From contig NIVC01001579.1 of assembly GCA_002269645.1 (NCBI GenBank), forward strand, positions 1-64,000: a stretch of 64,000 bases of DNA, given 5' to 3'. Within the stretch, counting starts at the first letter, position 1. Each line of letters opens with the position of its first letter. The notes under the pieces were generated by a model. That model saw nothing but the letters and a program-made list of their open reading frames with translations. It had not been told where the DNA came from and did not search any database. Source of the stretch: Macrostomum lignano (Eukaryota). Shown here in pieces: positions 48,801 through 60,494 of the stretch. Made by a program: the position numbers and the translations under genes.

Positions 48801-51800
48801 TTCATTCCATAGCTTGTGATATGCATAATTTGCATTGATTGTACATATGGGTAGAACCATAGATCAAAGTAAGTTAAACCAGTGATAGCCAATTTCAATT
48901 ATTAAACCAACTTCAATAATGCAACACATGAATATAAAAGTTGTATGTAACTCAGCAAGGTTTGGATTGTGTGGCTTTGCCATGTACTCAAATTTGGTCC
49001 CTCTGGCCCATGAGCTTGAGTATGCTCTGTCCTGTGTACTTGACTCTAGATTGTTATAGGCATGTTGGTTGTATGCTTCCTACTTATATAATAAAATCAA
49101 TTGATGATAAATTCTGCAAGGCACGATTTCTTTTCAAAAACCAAGCTTGACCTGTATTTGTTAGTGACTTGACTTGCAGTCCATAATGAGCTTCAAGCCT
49201 ACTTTCAATATTTCTACTCACCTTGCGATATAAAGAAATGAGCCATGCAACGCATGCACTATCACACAAAGAAAATTGTCTCAAGATCTGCTTGCTATGC
49301 TACAAAAAGGGCTCATCAATGCAACAAATAGGTAATGCCTCACTGAAACATATTTAAGCACACTTTTTGTCAAACTACAATGCGAATGATAAGCAGCTAC
49401 TTGCAGCACTCTGTGCCTGATGCAACAAGCTTCTGGCTGACATTGACAAGGGCATTAAAGTGCTAAATGTTTTGATGAACTCATCTGAGGTCATAAAGGT
49501 GAGCCCAACAAAGATTACACAACAGTCCAGCAGTTGTGCTTGCAAAATATGTGAGACTGCCCAGTTCAACATGATTAGGAAAGGCCTGGGAACATGGAAA
49601 CCAGAGCCACATTTGCTTGGACAACCCCAAGCTGTATCCCAAGTGTTCAGATCCAGATCATGGTCTGCCACCGGCATAACCTGTTGTCATCTGCCAGCAC
49701 TGCCACTCAATGGTCGGCAGAGGTTTGCTTCACTACTGCATGCAACACAGCAATGAGAAAATCTATTCAGTAAGTTGTCGCTAGACCGACGAGGTGCCAA
49801 AATCCATGCAAGTGACATGATTAAAGCTAAGGCTGCTTTTACCAACTCAAACTCTAGCTTTTAAATGGCAACTAGAGGTTGTGATCTTATAGTGTATGTT
49901 GGGCAATGGGCTAGTAGTTCTACATCAATGAGAGGTGGCTGCGCCGTACCAGCAGAGGAATTCAGCCAATTCTAGCAGATGCTGTATTTGACTGGTTGGC
50001 AGACTAAGTTGGCCGCCCAATTTTTTCGAGCATGGAAAGGACACAAAAGCATTGAGCCAAATTTGCGCAGCAAACTGAGCACCATTGACTCTGCTCTAGA
50101 TGATTTGTTTGAGTTGACTAATCTAGAAATGGACTGTGCCAAAGGAAAAAGGGAAATGCACAGCATTATATTCTGCACTAATCTTCTAGCTCTGATTGGC
50201 AGAGTGATAACACGTTGTCAGGTCAGTGTGGATGACAGCGCATTGATAAAAGTTGGCATAGACAGCAGAGGCAGCTTCTTGAAGTTTTGTGTTAGCATTG
50301 TGCCTGCTCAAGGTTTAAAAGATCAACCTACTGGAAGTTGCAGCACATACACAGAAGGCACATGCCATTTCCATTTTGAGGATAGGAGTCTGTAAACTGC
50401 TCCTGCTTGGCATTGCTGAAACTGTTTCTGAGTCCAACAATAATCTGCAGCAGATCCTGAATCTTTTTAATTTTCAAGGATTTTCATTCTGTACAGTCAG
50501 TTGATATGAAAATTTTAAATGCGATCCTGGGACTTCAGTGCTGCAGCAGCACCCATCCCTGCCCTTGGTGTAAGACTGCCAAGATTGATTTTTCTAATCC
50601 AGACCACATGAATGTGTTGAGATTGATTGGCAATATTTGGCTACAGGCATTTGAGTACCAGCACACTGTAGAAGAAAAAGCGCCGCGCAATGTGTCTGCT
50701 GCTGCTTTCAAAAGCTATGTGCATCCTCCTCTGCTCGAAGTTCCAGATAGCACGATGGTGCTCCAGGCCATTCCACCAATGGGGCTGCATCTCTTGCTTG
50801 GCGTGACCAATTGACTATTTGAAGAACTGGACACTCAACTGCAAGGACTCAAAGACTGTCAGATAAGCACAGATGACTGGCTATAGCAGCTTGGCCTTCG
50901 ACAACCATTGCAGAACAGTGGGAACTTTGCCAGAAATGCCTGCGAGTGTCTTCTAAATGGTGTCAACATTTTGATTGCAATGCTGGCTCAGCACAATGTG
51001 TTTTTGGCAATGCCTATAGCTCATGCCCTATGCTGCTTCCGCAATGTAAAGGCCTCATGCTTTGGTATGAGTGTGTGTGTGGAGACTTTGAGAATCAAGT
51101 CCGGGCATTCGAAGAAGCCTATATTGATCTTGGAATCTGCGTCACCCCAAAAGTCCACGCTATTATTGACCACATTGTCCAGTTTTGAACATGTCCAATC
51201 TAGCTGGAGAACTAAAGAAGGGACTTGGCTTCTGGTCTCAGCAAGTGGTTAAGACTGCACACCACAATTTCAACAGCATGTGGCAAGACTTTCAGATTAA
51301 TTTTCATCATCCATTGTATCCAGATTGATTGGGCAAGTGTGTTGTTGCATACTGCTCTTGTCATGCCTAAACAAAATGTGAACTAGACTGCAAATTAGGA
51401 TTATACATTTCTCTTTATTGGAATGAACAAATAGTTTTTAGTCAGACCCTTTAAACCATTTCAAAATTCTATTCCAGCTTTGCAATGCATGCATAGAGAT
51501 TGTTGGTTCACTATAAAATGAAATCTAAAAAAGACAAGATAAGCTAGCTATTGTCTTATCCCGATAGGACCCTAGTTATTTTTTCTTTTATTTATTATTG
51601 AATTAATGACAGGAATACACTAGGTAGCTGGTGGAAACCTTAATTTAAATTCTTTCTTTCTTTCTAATTTAAAAACTTATATTGCAAAAGTCAATGGTAA
51701 AAAGCAAAAAGAATTTAATTAAGTTTTCTACTAGCTACTAGAATTATTTCTATGGTAAACTTATATTGCAGAAGTCCTTGTTCTTACCCATCATCATGGA

Positions 51801-53915
51801 AAGGGAATAGCTTCCTTTGAAAACTCAGTAGAATTTAATAGGATATGCCTATGGTTCCAAGGGCCAAAATCGCATGAATACGAGAGCATATGCAGCAAAT
51901 TTACAGGCTCACAGCCAATGAGATGGTAGCTATGTATGAGGAGGGAATAATAGCTACAACTCAAAAGCAAGTGATAGAAAAATATCTGGGATAATATGCC
52001 TTCCATGCCTTGCATCACTCAAGCACAATTTTGTGCATTGCTTCTTTGTCTGCTTTTATTTAGAATTCTCTGTACTTTATGAGTGTTTTTTGTTATATTT
52101 AGTCACAATTATTCATTGATATTTCAATTTATACTTTATACTTTGGATTTTGAAGGGCAATGGAATACCTATGAATTATAATGAAAAGTTTCTTAAGATC
52201 ATATTTTTCAAATTTCACAAACTCATGTAGACATTCATTTTTTGCATCACGCATATTGAAAACTAATAGTAATTAGGTCATATGGTAATAAAGTGCTGTA
52301 GATCAGAGATAGCTTGGCAGATTTTTTGATATTGCACATATGCTATGCTAAGGTCTAGATGAGTGTGTAAATCATTGTCATTTCAGGCTGATTCTATTTT
52401 CACCTTTAGATGGCTTTGAGACATGTGTTAAGATTAAGACTAAGTACAATGCCAGTACATATAATAATGAAAATAAATATTTATATATCTTAAAAAGTAT
52501 ATTATTTTAAAACTAGAAGCAGAAGCATTTTTTATTAGAGGCAGGGGAGTTGTATGCACCCTGGCACACTTAGAGCAACATAGGCGCATAACTGGCAAGA
52601 GGCATTACTACCCATTCTACCAACTTCCCTAAGCAGGCATATAAGCATGCGGATACATACACAAGCACATACTCACATAGGAGTGAATAGTGGCCCTAAC
52701 TTTATTTTATCATTAGGCATGTACACTTTACTGCACCTTGGGGGTTGGCTCTCAAGGCCATTAATTGTGCGAGTAGAGCCAAGCCAAGATTCTAATTTAG
52801 CCCCAAATTAATATGACTACACTTAGAATCAAGCTTGGGTTGTTGGCATACCAGAGTAGCTGCATTACCGCTGGGCTATGGCCCTCCCTGAAGCACAAGC
52901 ATACAATCTAAAAATATTTTCCCCAAGGGACCCATAGTATATATGTACACTAACTTTTTGTATATAAATTTTGTAAGCTAAACAATTGTTTATAAATGAA
53001 AATGCATTATTATCATTGAATGGGATCATAATAATGCTCATAATAGCTAGCCAATCATATTTAATAGCAAACTGTCTCTGCCTTTAATATTTGTAACTGT
53101 AGCATCCCTTCTTATCAATATAAGTTCTTTTTTCTTTAGATATTTAAAATTTATATCATATTTCTTTAAAATATTGCTATATACAAAATTACCTTTAGAA
53201 AAAATGACAACCCATTTTAACTCTTTTTGCAAGACTTGCAATATTTATTTATGAAAAATAAGCTTTACTAGCTATGTAGCTATACTATAATTTTTCTTCT
53301 CAAAAAGTTATGTTGTCTGCCGGCAGACAAAAATATAGTAAACAAAATGACTGCACACTAATTTATAGGCCTATAAGCCAAAAAATGGCATGAATTTTTA
53401 TACTAAAATTAGTACACCAACTTGAAAGGGGCATTTGGATGCCAGAATTTTTATATATATATAACCTTCTAGAGTCTAGAATTCATAAGGATCCTATGAC
53501 AATATCCTACTTTAAATTTATTAAATACAATTTACCTTTGACATCACAATAACTTATAAGTGTAAATTTGAAATTAATAACTAGTTGACCTATACAATGG
53601 ATAAAATACTTCATGGAGAATCCTGACTAGCACACACTCAAGCATGATTCATTAAATAGCCAATGGGAAGAAAGAACTAGTTCTTCTCTGTACAAAACAA
53701 TTTAGATTGGTAAATAAACTTACTCGTTTTATTTGCTCAGCAACTTGCTTATCTTCCTTATCATCAATATGACTATGAGCGACATTTTCTGGTTCGTGCT
53801 GATTGGTACTTTGTTGTGACATTGTACTGACATAGTAAACAAAAAAGAAGGCAACAATGAATGACACTCCGATCAGAAGCTTTAGCCGCGCTGAATGTCT
53901 TCTTCTTGAAAACAT
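30864..53915 (-). CDS. GLB1L: Glycoside hydrolase family 35 beta-galactosidase (GLB1-like) with N-terminal type II membrane anchor
   Basis: Exons 53724-53915 (MFSRRR + TM helix; link to the rest inferred from phase 0, less certain), 39790-39941 ([27 protein letters not shown]), 39613-39681, 38914-39009 ([16 protein letters not shown]), 38166-38307, 37494-37784 (catalytic VENEY and ATELWTGWF), 36291-36582 ([22 protein letters not shown]), 35128-35183, 34915-35046, 32940-33659 ([32 protein letters not shown]) and 30864-30950. Confidence 0.9.
31125..32765. repeat. Intronic 21-bp minisatellite GAGAGGGGAGAGAGCAGGG(C/T)A
   Basis: About 1.6 kb, visible. Confidence 0.97.
33765..34875. repeat. Intronic 22-bp minisatellite GGATTATCAATAGATCCCCACA
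   Basis: About 50 copies. Confidence 0.95.
35250..36062. repeat. Intronic 16-bp minisatellite ATTTCGGTCAGGTGT(G/C/A)
   Basis: About 50 copies; the sense strand contains CTGAC. Confidence 0.95.
36755..37116 (+). mobile_element. tRNA-derived SINE, CpG-rich (least decayed) copy
   Basis: Head GGGGCCGTAGCCCAGCGG (A-box) ... GGCTCGATTCC (B-box), ~350-bp body, A-tail. Homologous copies at 52530 and 56751. Confidence 0.85.
37115..37405. repeat. Intronic ~23-bp minisatellite CTTTAAACTAACCGTCACGTGAC
   Basis: About 12 degenerate copies; the sense strand contains G|GTTAGT, like the real donor CAG|GTTAGT. Confidence 0.9.
37785..38135. repeat. (GAGT)n microsatellite, i.e. (CTCA)n on the sense strand, running into the acceptor
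   Basis: Visible. Confidence 0.95.
38410..38885. repeat. Intronic 30-bp minisatellite CTAGAGTACATAGAAATCGAAATCTCACCC
   Basis: About 15 near-perfect copies. Confidence 0.97.
39125..39400. repeat. Intronic 21-bp minisatellite TCTACTGCTCTACCTCTCCCT
   Basis: About 12 copies. Confidence 0.93.
39945..44755. repeat. 4.8-kb 40-bp minisatellite GTGTCAGAGGTTGGGGAGGGGTTCAGACTGGG(T/C)TATTCAA with higher-order structure
   Basis: About 120 copies abutting the exon-2 acceptor; diagnostic variants recur at ~1.39-1.43 kb spacing. Confidence 0.97.
45502..46478 (+). mobile_element. Internally deleted Tc1/mariner element with perfect 26-bp TIRs and TA TSD
   Basis: TA|CTTCGGGTGTGTCATAAGTAATGTCA ... TGACATTACTTATGACACACCCGAAG|TA. 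Transposase remnant [10 protein letters not shown]...KKTML...VDGQYF...PYSPDFN with frameshifts. Confidence 0.9.
48600..48795 (+). mobile_element. Penelope-like RT N-terminal fragment
   Basis: [26 protein letters not shown]...[10 protein letters not shown] matches the PLE motif (L.P......IKD...F......L.T.DV.SL). Confidence 0.65.
49240..51300 (+). mobile_element. Decayed Chapaev/Transib/RAG1-type DDE transposase
   Basis: Broken frames give an N-terminal Zn motif (H..H....C..ICLLC; LCA*CNKL; CACKIC) and core motifs [45 protein letters not shown] and [13 protein letters not shown]. Many stops and frameshifts; TIRs not located. Confidence 0.65.
52528..52889 (-). mobile_element. tRNA-derived SINE, heavily C->T/G->A decayed copy
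   Basis: Reverse complement aligns end-to-end with 36755-37116. Confidence 0.85.
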
Positions 53916-54823
53916 CCTATTGGGTTTTAATTTGCCGATTTTAACCTTTCAATAATGAAGAGGCAAGATTTAGGCCTTTAACAATTGGCCTCTTAATTCC
54001 AAGACTCAAAAAAGATGTAAAACAGATGATTAAAAAATTAAGTACAATGTGAAAATAGACGAAATAGTCCTACGCCTATCACTATCACTTGAATAATAAT
54101 CAGGGCAAGCAATTAGAGGGTAACTAACTGAGTGGTTTATAGAAAGAAAACAGAATATTGACACAAAAGATGACCTGGGTCACTATACTGAGTCACTCGA
54201 CATTTTAGCATTTAGCATGTTAAGCTTGGCAACAGTGAAATTTGTAACTCCTGTCCTGTCAAAAAATCATTATACCGACAGGTCTATTAAATTATAGCTA
54301 GCTTTGTATATACGTCAAAAACACGTATTCACATTTTTATCAAAAAACGTTAAGCACCATATAATTTAGGAATGTTTGTTATAACCCACACCCGTAATCT
54401 GTGCCTAAGTTCTAACTAACTAACTAACTAACCAACTAACTAACTAGCTAACTAACTAACTAGCTAACTAACTATACTAACTAACTAAGCTGAGCGCTTC
54501 ACTTGATATTCTTAGAAATGATCTGGAGGCCGGCGCTGTTGATCATCAGTGCATTTTATGCTTTATTGAGAACTATATCGAACCATCGACAAATTCGTAA
54601 AAAAATTGCGCTGGGAAAATCCGATTTGTCGAGAGCATCATACTGCTGGCGCACAGACCACCACTGGCTGACATCCGCAGATTTCGTTATACACGCAATA
54701 CACGCAAATTTCTTCATTTGTATTATAATCACATGCAGCTACAATAGACTATAACAATTGGGGCTTTGAATAAAGGTAGATCCTGCAAAGAATTTTGCTT
54801 AGGACGACTATATATATAGTATA

Positions 54824-55170
54824 GCAGGACGAAAAACTCACAAACCGTGTAATTTTTAGGAGGCCAATTTCCTGGAAAAATACACTGCGGAGATAGGAAA
54901 TAATCATTTTTGCATCACATGATCCTTAGTGATTACTTTGATCTGGGAAAGTGACGATTGCCGTTTCATTTACTTAGAACACACAGCATGGTATTTTATA
55001 TACGAGTGTAGTGAAAGTTTCATTTTCATATTGTTTTGTTTATTTGTTCATTGTCCATAAACATCGTTTAATATGAGATGAAAAAATGATTATTTCCTAT
55101 CTCCGAAGTGTATTTTCCGGAACTGGCCTCCTAAAAAATTACACGAGGTCGTGGCGTTTTTCGTCTTGTT
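54824..55170. mobile_element. MITE with ~80-bp imperfect TIRs (family of the 16246 element)
   Basis: CAGGACGAAAAAC...CGTGTAATTTTTAGGAGGCC...GGAGATAGGAAATAATCATTTTT and its inverted counterpart ending GTTTTTCGTCTTG. Confidence 0.75.
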
Positions 55171-56750
55171 ATTCTGCAGTGGGCCTTGGATCACGTTTCC
55201 AAGTGCAGCCAATTCACGCAGGTCTGCATATGAAACTGCCTGATGCAAGAGTGAGTTGGCCACCCAGTGAAAAAAATGATATGGATTCCATGTGGATTTT
55301 TCATATGAAATCCATATGTGCATTTGTCTCCGTCCATCCATGTGGAATCAAGATATGGATTCCACATGGAAGATCCACATGGAAGTAATTATGTATTTCA
55401 CATAGAATCCACATTGTCATTGAGTAAGCAGCCATTATACTGGTTGCCATAATAAATTGTTGCATCCTAAATCTCAAAATAATACCAGATCTCAAAATTT
55501 CATACAAACCCCAGATCTCAATACCATATAAAAGAAACTGAAACACAGATAAAACATTAGCTATAGCCAAAAATATTTCTGCACAAAAATATATTCAAAA
55601 AGGATGTATCAATAAGTAAGGTGTATTTATGTACAGTAGTGAGTCACTAGCACACAAAGAATAAACACACTGATGTAGATATTGATATCTTTAAAGTTGC
55701 GCTGCGCATATGATATAATATATAATTTGAAATTGACATTGTCAATAGCATTAATTAATTAACAATAATATAATGCACCAGAATTAGAACAGTCAGAAAC
55801 ATGCTGCTGCCAATTGCCAGAATGCTGCTTCTTCAGGTCAGGTGAGCAACCTTAGAAAAGAAAGGGGTTAAATTACAGAATTTTATAACAGATTGATAAC
55901 AGATTTTGTAATAGATTTTTATAGATTTTGATCTTATAACAGATTTTGATGACAGAAAAAAATCAGTTTATAACTAAAACTTACCATTACTTCACAAAAG
56001 GTAGCATTCGAGATATTAAATTCCAATTCCAAGTAGCTTTGCATGCTTCTTCAAAGGCAAGACCAAGGTGACATCCAAGTTTAAGGATGGGCCATGTAAT
56101 GTTAGGCTGAAATGAAATAGAAAAATAATTGTTGCCAATTAAGATTGATAGATAATATTGATATAATTCATAAAACTAATTTAAGGATGAATACTTAATA
56201 AAGTTTATTTTAAAATTAACTAGGCCTAAGTCTTAGGTTTATTTTTTTAGCGCAAAGTGTGCATATGCCTTTGCCAGGGGTTAGCGAAATGGGCAGCAAT
56301 GCCTCCTCGCTGTTTCCAGATGCACAGAGCCCCCTGCAGCTAAGTCAAGTAAGTCAAGTGCACCCTAAATCTTAAAATTGTACCTTGAAAACTGAAATTA
56401 AAAAGTTGATACAGTTTAGGTGCGATCTCATTACCTATTTTTATGTTGAAGCCTTATTTGCATTGCCTTTATATAAGAAAAAAAAGAAACTACATTCTAA
56501 GCCTTAAAATCATAAAACCCTAAAAGTGAGCATAGGGTATGATTTTGCACCTTGTCTCTAGCAAAAAAGAAAACCCTACCTAAGTCAATCAATAAAATAA
56601 AATTAATAAAATTAAAATAATAAGTATAAAAATAATTAATATATGTTTCTATAAATTTAATTTTTTATTTTAAAATTGATTTTAGACTATAAAGTATTTA
56701 GGCAAAGCAATGCATGTTTTTCATATTTGCTGGCCTAGTATGATTAAAAG

Positions 56751-57110
56751 GGGGGCCGTAGCCAAGTAGTAACGCAGCTGCTCTGGTGTGCCAGTGACCC
56801 AAGCTCGAATCCAAGTACAGTCATATTAATTTGGAGCTGAATTGGAATCTCAGCTTGGCTCTCTGCTCATGCAATTAATGGCCTTGAGAGCCAACCCCCC
56901 AAGGCACAGTGAAGTATACATGCCTAACGATAAATAAAGCTAGGGCCGCTGTACATTCCTGTATGAGTGTGCTTGCATACATATCCGCACACTTGTGTGC
57001 CTGCTTAGGGGAGTCGGCGGAATAGGCAGCAATGCCTCTTGCCAGTTGTATGCCTATGTCGCTTAAAGTGCGCCAGGGTGCACACAACCCCCCTGCCTCT
57101 AATAAAAAAA
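56751..57110 (+). mobile_element. tRNA-derived SINE, moderately decayed copy nested in the CCCAG element
   Basis: Aligns end-to-end with 36755-37116. Confidence 0.85.
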
Positions 57111-57359
57111 ATAGTATAATTAAACATTAGGCCTAACCTAAGCCTAAATAGCTATGCCTTATGGCTTAAAATTAAATTCTGGACTTGGCCTAAATCAGAT
57201 CAAATTTACAATAATCATTCTTTATTTTTAATAGCAACCTTAGGGATCTGCTAGGCTAGCTATGCCAAAAGCAAGTTGCAAGTGTAATTGCAAAGAATTA
57301 TTTATTATAATTAATAATATTGTTTTTAAAAATGCAACAAGTCCAAAAGATGCTAACAG

Positions 57360-58654
57360 TAGGCATTCTGGTGAGGTTTTTGAAGTTTCAAGATTAACAA
57401 ATATTTTGCTTTTCTTTGATTGAGCATACAAGTATGAGTAAAAAGACACCTCACTTTTGAATTTTGGTCAAGTAATGAAAAAGTTATAGCATTTTTAGTA
57501 TCACATTTTTTGACACTTCCGTAATGCATTTTTCCCATAAGGTACTGTGATCATTTTTCTTCAAAATGTCTGATTTTCCGAGTTATAGATAATATAGCTT
57601 TTGAACTATCCAATGCATTTTTATGCCTAATATGTCATTTTTTAGCATTTTTCTTGTAGATTTTTTGAATTAATACTTTGCAAAATACAATTGATAGTTT
57701 TTCTTCTATTCTCAAAATAATGAGGTGACGTAAATGAAATTTTAATCCTCAGACCACAATTATTCCATTTTTATCCTTATATAGATCATCCAAGTGCAAT
57801 ACCCAGCAGATCTAGCTGTCTGGCAAGGGGCCTAGCCAAGATAAGTTGCAAAAATGCCCATCTAATTAGTACTTTAAATTAGGAAACAAGTACTAATTAG
57901 ATGACGAGGTATTTACTCCTGCTGTTTACCCAAAACATTGGTACTATTATTGGAGTTGTGGTAAGATCTAGCAATGAGATCATTGTTTCCTCGTGTTTGT
58001 ATGCCATTTTGGATGAATAAAACAGAAAAAAGAAGAAAAAGAAAGTCCATTTGCTTCTAAAAGGGTAGTCTGAAATGCAACGTAGGGTGGTTTACTTTGA
58101 ATCAGTCGCGCGTTGTTGCGCGTTAAGATAGCTCCAAAATTATTTTTGCATCTTATTCACCATGAAATCCTACGTAAAAAACATCGTGTCACCACCCTGT
58201 CACCAGTCTTGTTTCGAGTCAAAAATTTTAGTTGAAGACTTTGGACTAATATTTATAGAAGAAAAATATCTCAATTTTCTTTGCATTGCAGAAGAAATAT
58301 ATTCCGTAACTATTAATCTTTGTTTTACTGAAAACCGCTTATCAAAAAAAGCACTCGTTTTGATGCAATTCAAATTTCTGTCGGTCACTTAATTTTCCCG
58401 TGTTGTCACAGTTTCCAAAGCATGGTGAATTTGTTTGTTTTTCAAATTACCGTAGCTTCACTATTTGACATTGTAGGAACCTCCAAGTAGTCTCAAATTA
58501 AAGCTTAAATCTCTCTCTTCAGGACATATATTTCCGTTTTTCTTAACTCTCTTGGTTTTCTAGTTTTTTATCATATGAAGTTGGTATCATTTAGCTCTTT
58601 TTAGCAGATTTTGCTCGGCACGCACAGGTCACGTGACCCTCACCAGAATGCCTA
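57360..58654. mobile_element. 1.3-kb non-autonomous element with perfect 17-18-bp TIRs and CTAACAG (7-bp) or TAACA (5-bp) TSD
   Basis: CTAACAG|TAGGCATTCTGGTGAGG ... CCTCACCAGAATGCCTA|CTAACAG. Confidence 0.8.
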
Positions 58655-59996
58655 CTAACAGACTTTTTTGAAGAAAATCATAAATTAATTGATTTTTAAC
58701 ATATTAACTAGATTGACTAGTCACAATTCACAAAGTCAAGCTAGTCCTAACCTTAATTAAAATAGAAGGACCTAAATTGATAGTTATAGCAGGCCTAGCT
58801 TAAAATACGCCTAATAAGCATACATATAAATAGATAGGACTAATAATAGGTAGGACTAAGAGGAAATTATGAACTTCTAAAGGTCTATTTAAGTTAAAAA
58901 AATGAGTAGCCAATCTATGGACATGGCCATGGGATTTCTAGAAATTGGAGGCCTAGGCCTAAATAAATTTATCATGGATTTTACCAAAAGTATTAGGCCT
59001 ATCTATGATAAAATACTGATTTATCTAATTTCTAATCTCATGGAGGCTATGGCCTGATAAGTTATTGCCTATAGGCTAGGTCTACTAAAATTTTTAAGGT
59101 GCTTAAATAGCCATAAACAAGGCAATTTATCTTTCAAGGCCTTGAACCAAAACATTGACGAATATAAAATAAAATTAATTTAATTTTAAAAAGCACGAAG
59201 CGTTTTTTATTGTTCACTTCTATTTTGTCTATTTTAACAAACAGTGTCTTATTTGCCGATTATAATTTAGCTTTAAGATATTAATTTTAACTTAAAAACA
59301 TATAAATGTAATAATTAATTATAGTAATTTCCTAAAAATGTCTGAATATGGTGTATCACAGTTTTTTATCGAAGTGGATTCCATGTTGAATCAATATACG
59401 CTTATTTCTCATGAATTCCTTGTAAAATCCACATCAACATTAGGACAGTAAAAATAAAAAAATAATGCATAAAAAATACTTTGCATACCATTATGTCATC
59501 TTTAAGTTAATAATTTGCAAAAAATAAAGAAACATTTAAATTCCACATGGCCACGTGGAACCCACGTGGAATCCATGAATCATTTTTCACTGGGCAACGA
59601 CTGCGGCAATCTCTCAGCTGTCAGCTGCGGGATTTTAAATTCTGCAGCCAATTTAGTCCCGAATTATTAGGGATAATTGTTTCCACTCACAGCACCTGCC
59701 TCAGCACCAGATGGCATTAATCGTGCTGAAATTGGGCGCAACTTTTTTTCTGATGGACCGGCAAATAAAAAACTAAGCCGGCTGTTTACAGTCCTACATT
59801 TTTCGAACGAGCAATCATGCAATTGCATGGCCCCAGGAGTTACCGGCGAGTTACCTGTAATTTCCTGCGTGAATAAATGGCCAAGCTTTCGTCTCTGAGT
59901 GGATGATTCGAAATGAGTTACGAACAGATGAGAACGAAAAATTACATTTAGTGACTTAGCAATGAGCTTGGGAAAGAGGTGTAGCTTATTTTATTG

Positions 59997-60494
59997 AGCA
60001 CCAGAGGCGCCAGCACCAGAGGCGCCAGCACCAGAGGCGCCAGCACCAGAGGCGCCAGCACCAGAGGCGCCAGCACCAGAGGCGCCAGCACCAGAGGCGC
60101 CAGCACCAGAGGCGCCAGCACCAGAGGCGCCAGCACCAGAGGCGCCAGCACCAGAGGCGCCAGCACCAGAGGCGCCAGCACCAGAGGCGCCAGCACCAGA
60201 GGCGCCAGCACCAGAGGCGCCAGCACCAGAGGCGCCAGCACCAGAGGCGCCAGCACCAGAGGCGCCAGCACCAGAGGCGCCAGCACCAGAGGCGCCAGCA
60301 CCAGAGGCGCCAGCACCAGAGGCGCCAGCACCAGAGGCGCCAGCACCAGAGGCGCCAGCACCAGAGGCGCCAGCACCAGAGGCGCCAGCACCAGAGGCGC
60401 CAGCACCAGAGGCGCCAGCACCAGAGGCGCCAGCACCAGAGGCGCCAGCACCAGAGGCGCCAGCACCAGAGGCGCCAGCACCAGAGGCGCCAGC
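59997..60494. repeat. Perfect 15-bp tandem array CCAGAGGCGCCAGCA
   Basis: About 33 identical copies. Confidence 0.97.

Larger units (their letters stand above)
44760..59520. other. AT-rich, CpG-poor, TpA-rich block of decayed transposons
   Basis: Sharp compositional change at ~44.76 kb, with abundant TAG/CTA/TAA and several TE relics; contains the putative beta-galactosidase exon 1. Confidence 0.8.
55263..59593. mobile_element. ~4.3-kb non-autonomous TIR element (CCCAGTGAAAAA... termini, 2-bp CA TSD; CMC/EnSpm-like)
   Basis: CA|CCCAGTGAAAAAAATGATATGGATTCCATGTGG ... CCACGTGGAATCCATGAATCATTTTTCACTGGG|CA, with subterminal CCAC(A/G)TGG repeats at both ends. Superfamily assignment is inference. 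Confidence 0.7.
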
